From an uncultured Gemmatimonadales bacterium (GTDB lineage Bacteria; Gemmatimonadota; Gemmatimonadetes; JACCXV01; JAHWKZ01), in the NCBI GenBank assembly GCA_947259315.1, contig CAMYLR010000023.1, positions 6,276 through 70,275 of the forward strand: DNA of 64,000 bases, in the 5' to 3' direction. The notes under the pieces were generated by a model, which worked only from the letters and a program-made list of their open reading frames with translations, was not told where the DNA came from and made no database searches. Below are positions 36,070-44,106 of the stretch, one piece after another. The stretch's first letter is position 1. Each line of letters opens with the position of its first letter. The position numbers and the translations under genes were made by a program.

Positions 36070-36816
36070 TCAACTGGCGCGGGCCAGAATCTCCTCGTCG
36101 ATGTCGAAGTTGGCCGCCACGCGCTGGATATCGTCGTCGTCCTCGAGAGCGTCGAGGAGCTTGAGAAGCCTCTCGGCGTCACCGCCCTCGACGGCGACGG
36201 CGCTCTTGGCGATCATCGTCAGCTCGGCTTCCTCGCTCTCGACCCCGGCGTCGCGCAAAGCCTCCTGCACCGCGTGCAGATCACTAAACGAGGTCATCAC
36301 GCGGTAGTAGTCGCCATCGGAGATAACGTCTTCGGCGCCGGCTTCGATCGCCGGCAGGAAGACCGACTCTTCGTCGAACTTGGACGCATCGATCAAGATC
36401 TGGCCCTTCTGATCGAACATCCACGCCACCGAACCATCCTTCCCGAGGTTGCCCCCGTACTTGGTCAGTATGTGACGCACCGAGGCAACGGTCCGTTTTT
36501 CGTTATCAGTCAGAGCCTCGATAAAGATCGCCACCCCGCCAGGCCCGTAAGCCTCGTAGGTGACGGGCACGTAGTTGACGCCGGGAAGCTCACCTGTGCC
36601 ACGTTTGATCGCCCGATCGATGTTGTCGGCGGGCATGTTCTGCGCCTTGGCGTTCTCGACCGCAGTGCGCAGGCGAGGGTTCATGCCGGTATCACCCCCG
36701 CCATCCCGTGCCGCGACGGTGATTTCCTTGATCAGCCTGGAAAAGATCTTGCCGCGCTTGGCGTCGGCGGCGGCCTTCTTGCGCTTGATCGTCGACCATT
36801 TCGAGTGACCGGACAT
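36070..36816 (-). CDS. yebC: YebC/PmpR-family transcriptional regulator
   Basis: MSGHSKWSTIKRKKAAADAKRGKIFSRLIKEITVAAR.GGGD...NPRLR.AV..AKA.NMP.DNI..AIKRG. These are the last 248 aa of ORF 36070..37416. Confidence 0.95.
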   Translation of the reverse strand: MSGHSKWSTIKRKKAAADAKRGKIFSRLIKEITVAARDGGGDTGMNPRLRTAVENAKAQNMPADNIDRAIKRGTGELPGVNYVPVTYEAYGPGGVAIFIEALTDNEKRTVASVRHILTKYGGNLGKDGSVAWMFDQKGQILIDASKFDEESVFLPAIEAGAEDVISDGDYYRVMTSFSDLHAVQEALRDAGVESEEAELTMIAKSAVAVEGGDAERLLKLLDALEDDDDIQRVAANFDIDEEILARAS

Positions 36817-36906
36817 GATCATCAATATACGGAGGAATCCCGGGTTGTCGCCGGTGGGATCACCCCAACCATTGCGGCAGAACACCATCGGACGAAAGAT
36901 TCCGGT

Positions 36907-37506
36907 ATGCGATCGACTCTCCTGGCACTCATCGCACTCTCCCCGACCACGCCGCTCATCGCCCAAGAAGCAGACTCCCTCGTCGCCCGCCCGGTGGCCC
37001 CGGTCGTTCGCAAGAACGTCTGCCCGTTCGAATGCTGCGTGTACCGAGAGTGGACGGCGATCGGTGAGATACCGGTGTACGCAACGGAAGGCGACACGAC
37101 TGCGGTCGCGTTCACGATCGTGGATGGCGAGCCGTTCACCGCGATCGAGGGCAACGTGCACCTCGATCGATTGGGGCTCGTGGCGGTACATCGAGCAGTA
37201 ACCGACACCATCTATGACACCTACCACTACGAATCGGGAGACACGCTCGTCGTGCTCGACTACCTGGGTGAAGGGTTTTTCACCGCCTGGCTGAGTGGGC
37301 GGATGGCGGAAGTCGAGGCGTTTTGGATGTTCGAAGACCCCGACGAACATGGGACCGTTGACGATCCTGGAGCCGACGGTCCGGCATGGACCGTTGTCGC
37401 CGAACCCGATCCCCATTGGTGGGTTCGCGTTCAGACTATGGACGATCGTAACGGCTGGATCTACATGAACGCGTCTCGGGTGACGAACGCCGACGCGTGC
37501 GGCTAG
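36907..37506 (+). CDS. secreted protein of unknown function, possibly with an SH3b-like C-terminus
   Basis: A signal peptide (MRSTLLALIALSPTTPLIAQE), a Cys cluster (VCPFECCVY) and the C-terminal HWWVRVQTMDDRNGWIYMN. Only the last 199 aa of ORF 36025..37506 are accepted. Confidence 0.5.
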   Translation: MRSTLLALIALSPTTPLIAQEADSLVARPVAPVVRKNVCPFECCVYREWTAIGEIPVYATEGDTTAVAFTIVDGEPFTAIEGNVHLDRLGLVAVHRAVTDTIYDTYHYESGDTLVVLDYLGEGFFTAWLSGRMAEVEAFWMFEDPDEHGTVDDPGADGPAWTVVAEPDPHWWVRVQTMDDRNGWIYMNASRVTNADACG

Positions 37507-37554
37507 AGTCTATCAAGCGATAGGAACGAGCCCTCGCCAACCAGCGGGTCACGG

Positions 37555-38742
37555 ATGCTCAGAACGACGCCCTTCCACCCCCGCACGGGTCCGTTGTGCC
37601 AAGCGAAGAATTGGCGCCGCTGGGCCGGCTACGTGGCTGCCAGCTCGTATGAGCTCACCCACGAACGTGAATACCACGCGATCCGCAGCGCGGCGGCCCT
37701 GATCGATGTGTCCCCCCTCTACAAATATTCGGTGCGCGGACCGGATGCCGGGCGGCTGCTAAACCGCGTCGTTACACGCGACGTCGACAAGTGTGCGGTC
37801 AATCAGGTGATGTACACCCCGTGGTGTGACGAGGACGGAAAGGTGATCGACGACGGCACGTTGTCGCGACTGGGCGAAGAGACGTTTCGACTGACCGCCG
37901 CCGAGCCGAACTTGCGCTGGCTCCGCGACAACGCGCTCGGCCTAAACGTGACGATCGACGACGTCACCGACTCGATCGCGGCCGTGGCGTTGCAGGGGCC
38001 CAACTCACGCGAGATCCTCAAGCACGCTTCGGATGCCGAACTGGACGACCTTCGGTTCTTCCGATTGACACCGGCGCGAGTTCAAGAGGTTCCGGTGACG
38101 ATCTCACGCACCGGATACACCGGCGATCTGGGCTACGAGGTCTGGGTCGACGCGGAGCGGGCGGTGTCACTCTGGGACGCGCTCATGGCGGCCGGTGAAC
38201 CGTACGGAATCACCCCTGCCGGTATGCTGGCGCTCGACGTCTCGAGAATCGAAGCTGGCCTGCTGTTGAATCAAGTCGATTACATCCCGGCCAATAAGGC
38301 GCTTCTCGAGACGCGCAAGTCGTCGCCGTTCGAACTCAGCCTGGGGTGGACGGTCGCACTCGGCAAGGATCAATTCGTCGGCCGAGCATCGCTGGTCGAG
38401 GAACAGCGCCGAGGTCCGGCGTCGCACCTGAGGGGGCTAGAAATCGAGTGGGAGTCGCTGGAGGAGATATACGCCGAGTTTGGCCTCCCGCCCGAGCTTC
38501 CGACGATCGCCTGGCGAACGAGCGTGCCGGTGTACTCGAACAGCAAGCAGATCGGCTACGCAACCAGCGGAGCCTGGTCGCCGACGCTCAAGAGGTACAT
38601 CGCGCTGGCACACTTGCGTGCCCAACACGCGGAACTGGGCACCAAGCTGGCGATGGAGGTTACCGCCGAGCATCAGCGCAAATCGGCGCTAGCAAGGGTC
38701 GTAACGACGCCGTTCTTCGACCCCGAACGGAAGCGCGCCTGA
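37555..38742 (+). CDS. aminomethyltransferase-family (GcvT-like, folate-binding) protein
   Basis: TTPFHPRT......W..WAGY..A..Y....EYHAIRSAAALIDVSPLYKYSVRGPDAGRLL..ISRTGYTGDLGYEVWV..ALDVSRIEAGLL..SPFELSLGW.V...K..FVG. 395 aa. Confidence 0.8.
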   Translation: MLRTTPFHPRTGPLCQAKNWRRWAGYVAASSYELTHEREYHAIRSAAALIDVSPLYKYSVRGPDAGRLLNRVVTRDVDKCAVNQVMYTPWCDEDGKVIDDGTLSRLGEETFRLTAAEPNLRWLRDNALGLNVTIDDVTDSIAAVALQGPNSREILKHASDAELDDLRFFRLTPARVQEVPVTISRTGYTGDLGYEVWVDAERAVSLWDALMAAGEPYGITPAGMLALDVSRIEAGLLLNQVDYIPANKALLETRKSSPFELSLGWTVALGKDQFVGRASLVEEQRRGPASHLRGLEIEWESLEEIYAEFGLPPELPTIAWRTSVPVYSNSKQIGYATSGAWSPTLKRYIALAHLRAQHAELGTKLAMEVTAEHQRKSALARVVTTPFFDPERKRA

Positions 38743-40322
38743 TGGCTGCGAATCGTTACGACGCAGTGGTAATCGGCGGTGGCCACAATGGCCTGGTCGC
38801 AGCGGCCTACCTCGCCCGGGCCGGGAAGAAAGTGCTGGTTCTCGAGCGGCGTCACCTGGTCGGCGGCTCCGCCGTCACCGAAGAGATCTACCCAGGCTTC
38901 AAGTACTCGGTCTGCTCTTACGTGGTGAGCCTGCTCCGTCCCGAGATCATCCGCGAGCTGGACCTCTCCGCACACGGGCTCGACCTCCTCCCGCTCGAGA
39001 GCACCGTTACGCCGCTGCCAAACGGCGACTACTTAGCCCGATGGGCGGATCACGATCAGACCCGTCGCGAGCTCTACCGCCACTCACCCAGAGACGCCGA
39101 AGCGTACGATGAGTTTGGCACGCTGATGTACCACCTCGCGTTTGCGGTCAAGCCGATCCTTTCGATGGTGCCGCCCGATCCCACGTCGTTGAGCCCTGCT
39201 GATCTGCGATCGCTGCTGAAACTCGCCAATCACTTTCGCGGGCTCGGCGAAGAGAAGCTGTACCCGCTAATCAAGCTCATGACGATGAGCTCGGCCGATT
39301 ATCTCGATGAGTGGTTCGAAACCGAAGCACTGAAAGCGACGATGTCCGCCAGCGGCGTCATCGGCACTTTCCTCGGACCACGCTCACCGGGAACCGCATA
39401 CGTGCTGCTGCACCACTACATGGGCGAGATCGATGGCGCTTTTCGGGCGTGGGGTTTCGCGAAGGGCGGGACCGGCAGCGTGAGCGAGGCGATCGCCAGT
39501 GCGGCGCGAGGGTTGGGTGCCGAGATTCGCACCGAGGCGTCGGTTGCGCGGGTCATCATCGAGAACGGTCGAGCGGCCGGTGTCGCGCTCGAATCGGGCG
39601 AGGAGATCCGGGCCAACGTCGTCGTATCCGGAGTCGACCCCAGGCTCACGTTTCTCGGCCTGATCGAACCCGACGAGCTGCCGAGCGAGTTTGTCCAGGC
39701 GATCAAACGATTCAGGATTCGCGGATCGTCGGGCAAGGTGAACCTCGCGTTGGACGCGCTCCCGAACCTGGCTTGCCTCCCCGGCGTCGGGCCCCACCTG
39801 CGCGGCGCGGTCTCGATCAGCCCCAGCATCGAGTACCTGGAACGAGCCTATGACGACGCCAAGTACGGAAGCTTCTCACGCCATCCCTACATGGACATCG
39901 TCCTCCCATCGATGATCGATCCCGACATGGCGCCACCGGGCAAGCACGTGATGTCGATCTTTGTCCAGTACGCGCCATACGAGTTGAATGGCGGTTGGAA
40001 CGACGCGCAGCGCGAAGAGTTTGGCGATGCCGTGATCGACACGCTGTCGGAGTACATGCCGAACCTGAAAGAGATCATCCTCCATCGCCAAGTTCTGACG
40101 CCGTGGGACATGGAACGCGATTTTGGCTTGACCGAGGGCAACATCTTCCACGGCGAGCTCTCGCTGCACCAGCTGTTCTTCATGCGGCCGGCAGCGCCGT
40201 GGACGGATTACCACACTCCGATCAAGGATTTCTATCAGTGTGGATCGGGCACCCATCCCGGTGGCGGGATATCGGGAGCCTCGGGGCGGCTGGCCGCACT
40301 GACGATGCTCGAGGATATGTGA
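38742..40322 (+). CDS. FAD-dependent oxidoreductase, CrtI/phytoene-desaturase superfamily, PYROXD2-like (copy 1)
   Basis: MAANRYDAVVIGGGHNGLVAAAYLARAGKKVLVLERRHLVGGSAVTEEIYPGFKYS..SLLRPEI..WFETEALKATM..AYVLLHHYMG..GNIFHGELSLHQLFFMRP..YQCGSGTHPGGGISGASG. Its ATG overlaps the upstream TGA by 1 nt (TGATG). Confidence 0.8.
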   Translation: MAANRYDAVVIGGGHNGLVAAAYLARAGKKVLVLERRHLVGGSAVTEEIYPGFKYSVCSYVVSLLRPEIIRELDLSAHGLDLLPLESTVTPLPNGDYLARWADHDQTRRELYRHSPRDAEAYDEFGTLMYHLAFAVKPILSMVPPDPTSLSPADLRSLLKLANHFRGLGEEKLYPLIKLMTMSSADYLDEWFETEALKATMSASGVIGTFLGPRSPGTAYVLLHHYMGEIDGAFRAWGFAKGGTGSVSEAIASAARGLGAEIRTEASVARVIIENGRAAGVALESGEEIRANVVVSGVDPRLTFLGLIEPDELPSEFVQAIKRFRIRGSSGKVNLALDALPNLACLPGVGPHLRGAVSISPSIEYLERAYDDAKYGSFSRHPYMDIVLPSMIDPDMAPPGKHVMSIFVQYAPYELNGGWNDAQREEFGDAVIDTLSEYMPNLKEIILHRQVLTPWDMERDFGLTEGNIFHGELSLHQLFFMRPAAPWTDYHTPIKDFYQCGSGTHPGGGISGASGRLAALTMLEDM

Positions 40323-40323
40323 C

Positions 40324-41913
40324 GTGAGCCGACCCTACGACGCGATCGTCATCGGTGCCGGGCACAATGGGCTCACGACCGCGGCGCGCCTAGCCAAGGC
40401 GGGCTTACGCGTACTGGCGCTGGAGGGACGGGACACGGTCGGCGGCGCTCTGGTGACTGAGGAGATCCACCCCGGCTTCAAGGTCGATGCCGCATGCCAC
40501 CAGATCGGGGCTTTACACCCCGGCGTGGTCGGCGATCTCGATCAAGCGCTCGGGGTCACACCCGACATCGTGCGTTCTGACCCGGTCGTATTCGCGCCGC
40601 TCATCGATGGTCATCCGCTGCTCCTGTGGCGTGACCCGATAGCCACCGCCGAGGCGATCGCGACGTTCTCGAAGCGTGACGCCGAGAGCTGGAGTGCGTT
40701 TGTCGAGTTGATCAGCAAGGCTGCCGGTTTGCTCGAGGCGGCCTACGAAAGGACCCCACCCGATCTCTTATCGGTTGATGCGAGTGATCTGTGGTCGCTG
40801 GTGCGCCTCGGAGGTCGGGCCCGCCGGCTCGGGAAGCGCGACATGATGGAGGTGGCTCGGCTCCTCACCATGACCGCCGTCGAGTTGCTCGACGAGTGGT
40901 TCGAGAACGATCTGCTCAAAGGAACGCTCGGTGCCACTGGTGTCACGGGCATGTTTCAGGGCCCGATGGCGGCCGGGACGGCGTACATGCTGCTCCACAA
41001 TCACGTCGGGACGGAGAACGGTACCGTCCGGTCGGCGGACCGAGTGCGAGGCGGGGTTGGTGTTCTGTCACACGCATTGCGCGATCTGGCACGGTCGTGT
41101 GGCGTGGAGATCAGGACCAACGCACGCGTCACTCGGATCACCGTCAAGGACGGTCGAGCGATTGGTGTGGTGCTCGCGAACGGCGACGAGTTGGAAGCCG
41201 AGCGCGTCATCTCGAACGCTGACCCGCGACGCACGTTTCTGGATCTCGTCGACCCGCTCGATCTCGCCCCGCGATTCGTCCGTCAGGTTCAGAACATCAA
41301 GTACCGGGGCGCCTGTGCCAAAGTGAACTTGGCACTCGATACGCTTCCGAGCTTCGCCGTTAGCGATCCGGCCCTCCTCGGCGGTGTCGTGTCGATCAGC
41401 CCAAGCCTCGACTATCTGGAGCGCGCCTACGACGACGCCAAGTACGGAGACATCTCCCGTGAGCCGTATCTGGAGGCGGTCATCCCCTCGCTGGCCGACC
41501 CATCATTGGCTCCTGACGGAAAACACGTCATGTCGATCCTCGTCCAGTACGCGCCCTATCATCTCAACGATGGCACGTGGGATGAGTCGAGAACCTCCGA
41601 GCTCGGCGATCGGGTAGTGAAAACATTGGCTCAGTACGCGCCCAACCTCGAACAGATCGTGCTCGCTCGGCACGTCTTGAGCCCGCGCGACCTCGAAACG
41701 GATTTCGGCTTGACCGAGGGGAACATCTATCACGGCGAGATGACGCTCGATCAGCTCTTCTTCATGCGTCCGGTCCCAGGCTGGGCCCGCTACCGCACGC
41801 CGATCGAGAATCTCTATTTGTGTGGCGCCGGAACGCACCCGGGTGGTGGCGTCACCGGCCGGCCCGGCTACAACGCCGCCCGCGAAATCTTAAAGGATGT
41901 AAAACGCGGCTAG
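40324..41913 (+). CDS. FAD-dependent oxidoreductase, CrtI/phytoene-desaturase superfamily, PYROXD2-like (copy 2, paralogue)
   Basis: VSRPYDAIVIGAGHNGLTTAARLAKAGLRVLALEGRDTVGGALVTEEIHPGFK..WFENDLLKGTL..AYMLLHNHVG..GNIYHGEMTLDQLFFMRP..YLCGAGTHPGGGVTGRPG. The GTG start lies 1 nt after the preceding stop. Confidence 0.8.
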   Translation: MSRPYDAIVIGAGHNGLTTAARLAKAGLRVLALEGRDTVGGALVTEEIHPGFKVDAACHQIGALHPGVVGDLDQALGVTPDIVRSDPVVFAPLIDGHPLLLWRDPIATAEAIATFSKRDAESWSAFVELISKAAGLLEAAYERTPPDLLSVDASDLWSLVRLGGRARRLGKRDMMEVARLLTMTAVELLDEWFENDLLKGTLGATGVTGMFQGPMAAGTAYMLLHNHVGTENGTVRSADRVRGGVGVLSHALRDLARSCGVEIRTNARVTRITVKDGRAIGVVLANGDELEAERVISNADPRRTFLDLVDPLDLAPRFVRQVQNIKYRGACAKVNLALDTLPSFAVSDPALLGGVVSISPSLDYLERAYDDAKYGDISREPYLEAVIPSLADPSLAPDGKHVMSILVQYAPYHLNDGTWDESRTSELGDRVVKTLAQYAPNLEQIVLARHVLSPRDLETDFGLTEGNIYHGEMTLDQLFFMRPVPGWARYRTPIENLYLCGAGTHPGGGVTGRPGYNAAREILKDVKRG

Positions 41914-41930
41914 GGATTGGTGGCGAACTT

Positions 41931-41968
41931 GCCGGAGGGATCCGTCCTCAGCGGCGAATCCCTCCGGC
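41931..41968. terminator. hairpin between convergent genes (11-bp perfect stem, 16-nt loop, no clear U-tract)
   Basis: GCCGGAGGGAT (41931..41941) pairs with ATCCCTCCGGC (41958..41968). Confidence 0.4.
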
Positions 41969-41973
41969 AGACC

Positions 41974-44076
41974 TTAGTGCCTAATCCCTGCCCCCTCGCG
42001 CTCCTTCTCCGCCTCCGCGATCACCTTCTGCGCGATATCGTGCGGCACCTCTTCGTACCCGTGGAAGGCACGCGCGTGATCTCCCCGACCCTGGGTGATC
42101 GATCTCAGACTCGTCGAGTAGCGGTACAGCTCGGCTTGCGGAACGTGAGCGCTGATCTTCTGTTTTCCGTTCCCGCTCGGTTCCATTCCCAGCACCCGCC
42201 CGCGGCGCTGATTCAGATCGCCGATCACGTCACCCAGGTACTCGTCCGGCGTCACAACCGTCACTTCCATGATCGGCTCGAGCAAGACAGCGTCGCAGTG
42301 TCCGATTGCGTTCTGGAACGCCATCGAGCCGGCGACCTTGAACGCCATCTCGCTTGAATCAACCGAGTGGTGTGAGCCATCGATCAACTCGACCTGGAGG
42401 TCGACCACCGGGTAGCCGGCTAGCACGCCCTTGCTCATCGTCTCTTGGATCCCCTTGTTCACCGCCGGGATGAACTTGTTGGGAATGACGCCGCCAGTTA
42501 TCTGATCCACGAACTCGTACCCCTCGCCGCGGCCCTTCGGGATCAGCCGCACCTTGCAGTCGCCGAACTGACCCCGGCCGCCGGTCTGCTTCTTGTAACG
42601 TCCCTGCGCCTCGCCTCGCCGCTTGATCGTTTCACGGTAGGCGATCTTTGGCTGCAGCATCTTCGCTTCGACGTGGAATTTGCGCTTCATGCGTTCGAGC
42701 ACGACCTGCAGGTGCAGCTCACCCATCCCGCGGATGATCGTCTGACCGAGCTCCGGATTGTAGGCGTGGATGAACGTCGGATCTTCCTCGTGGAGCTTCG
42801 ACAGCGCGCTCCCGATCTTCTCCTCCTCGCCTTCATGCATCGGTTCGATCGCCACGGATATGACCGGTTTCGGAAAATCGATGCCGCGAAGAAGAACCTG
42901 GTCGTTGCGGCTGCAGAACGAGTCCCCGGTGTGTGAATCCTTGAGCTTGGGAACGACTCCGATGTCGCCGCTGTTGATACTTTTGACCTCGGTTCGATCA
43001 CGGCCTTGCATGACACCGACGTGCGCCAATCGCTCGTCGTGTTGTTGCGTCGAGTTGTAGACGTCCTGACCGCTCTTGACCTGGCCGCTGAAGACGCGGA
43101 AGTAGGACAGCTCGCCGACATGCGGCTCGGTCGTAGTCTTGAAGACGAGCGCCGACAACGGCGCACTGTTCTCGCGGGCCACGAACACCTTCTCGCTGTC
43201 GCCCGGACGCGTGGCCCGAATCTCCGGACGCTCGGCCGGGCTCGGGCATAGCTCCACGACCTCTTTGAGCAGCGAACGTACGCCCTTGAGCTGCTCGGGC
43301 GCGCCGCAGAAAACCGGGAACAGCTCCCCTCTCGCCATCCCCGCTTTCATCGCTCCTATTACCTCGTCACGATTGAACTCCTCGCCTTCCAGATAGCGCT
43401 CGATCAACGTGTCGTCGGTCTCGGCAACCGTCTCGACCAATTCCCGTCGGTAGCGATCGTAGTCGGCGCGCACTTCATCCGGGATCTCCCCGACTTTTCG
43501 CTTCCCGGTCGCGCCATCCTCGTAGAGGTGCGCGTTTTCGTTGAACAAATTGCAGATGCCATGAAAATCGGTGCCCTGTCCGATCGGGATCTCGACCGGA
43601 ATAGCACGTGGGGACAACCCATCGCGAATCTGTCGATAGACCTTCTCGAAATCGGCGTGCTCTTTGTCCATCATGTTGATGAAGATCAACCGCGGCAGCT
43701 TCTCGGCTTCGGCGTACTCCCACACGCGCTCGGTACCGACCTCAACGCCAGCGACCGCGTTGACCACCAGGCACGCGCTATCGGCCACTCGCAAACCGGA
43801 CACGACCTCACCGGCGAAATCGAGATAACCGGGCGTGTCGATCAGGTTGACCTTGGTATCCATGAACTCGGCGTAAGCCATCGCCAGGCTGACCGATATC
43901 TGATGCTCCGTCTCGTCGGGCGTGAAATCGGTCAGCGAAGTGCCATCCTCGACCGAACCCATGCGAGAGCACGAGCCGGCCAACCACGCCATCGCGTTTA
44001 CCAGCGTGGTTTTGCCCGACGCGCCGTGTCCAATCACGGCGAGATTCCTTATGTGAGCGCTATCGTAGACGTCCAC
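41974..44076 (-). CDS. elongation factor G paralogue (EF-G II-like) with an atypical G4 motif
   Basis: 700 aa from a GTG start with a GGAG RBS. G1 is VIGHGASGKTTL, G3 is DTPGYLDF, and G4 reads NMMD (43666..43677) instead of NKxD. Domains II-V look EF-G-like (..GELSYFRVFSGQV..; ..GELHLQVVLERMKR..). Confidence 0.8.
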   Translation of the reverse strand: MDVYDSAHIRNLAVIGHGASGKTTLVNAMAWLAGSCSRMGSVEDGTSLTDFTPDETEHQISVSLAMAYAEFMDTKVNLIDTPGYLDFAGEVVSGLRVADSACLVVNAVAGVEVGTERVWEYAEAEKLPRLIFINMMDKEHADFEKVYRQIRDGLSPRAIPVEIPIGQGTDFHGICNLFNENAHLYEDGATGKRKVGEIPDEVRADYDRYRRELVETVAETDDTLIERYLEGEEFNRDEVIGAMKAGMARGELFPVFCGAPEQLKGVRSLLKEVVELCPSPAERPEIRATRPGDSEKVFVARENSAPLSALVFKTTTEPHVGELSYFRVFSGQVKSGQDVYNSTQQHDERLAHVGVMQGRDRTEVKSINSGDIGVVPKLKDSHTGDSFCSRNDQVLLRGIDFPKPVISVAIEPMHEGEEEKIGSALSKLHEEDPTFIHAYNPELGQTIIRGMGELHLQVVLERMKRKFHVEAKMLQPKIAYRETIKRRGEAQGRYKKQTGGRGQFGDCKVRLIPKGRGEGYEFVDQITGGVIPNKFIPAVNKGIQETMSKGVLAGYPVVDLQVELIDGSHHSVDSSEMAFKVAGSMAFQNAIGHCDAVLLEPIMEVTVVTPDEYLGDVIGDLNQRRGRVLGMEPSGNGKQKISAHVPQAELYRYSTSLRSITQGRGDHARAFHGYEEVPHDIAQKVIAEAEKEREGAGIRH

Positions 44077-44106
44077 AACATCTCCTTTCTCTATGTTATC
44101 GCGTGC

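Noticed and set aside
36025-36906. The N-terminal ~290 aa of ORF 36025..37506 (+), and the N-terminal 200 aa of ORF 36070..37416 (-).
   Set aside because: These parts overlap ruvC/yebC and the secreted-protein gene in antisense. Only the portions starting at ATG 36907 (+) and ATG 36816 (-) have a signal peptide or family motifs.
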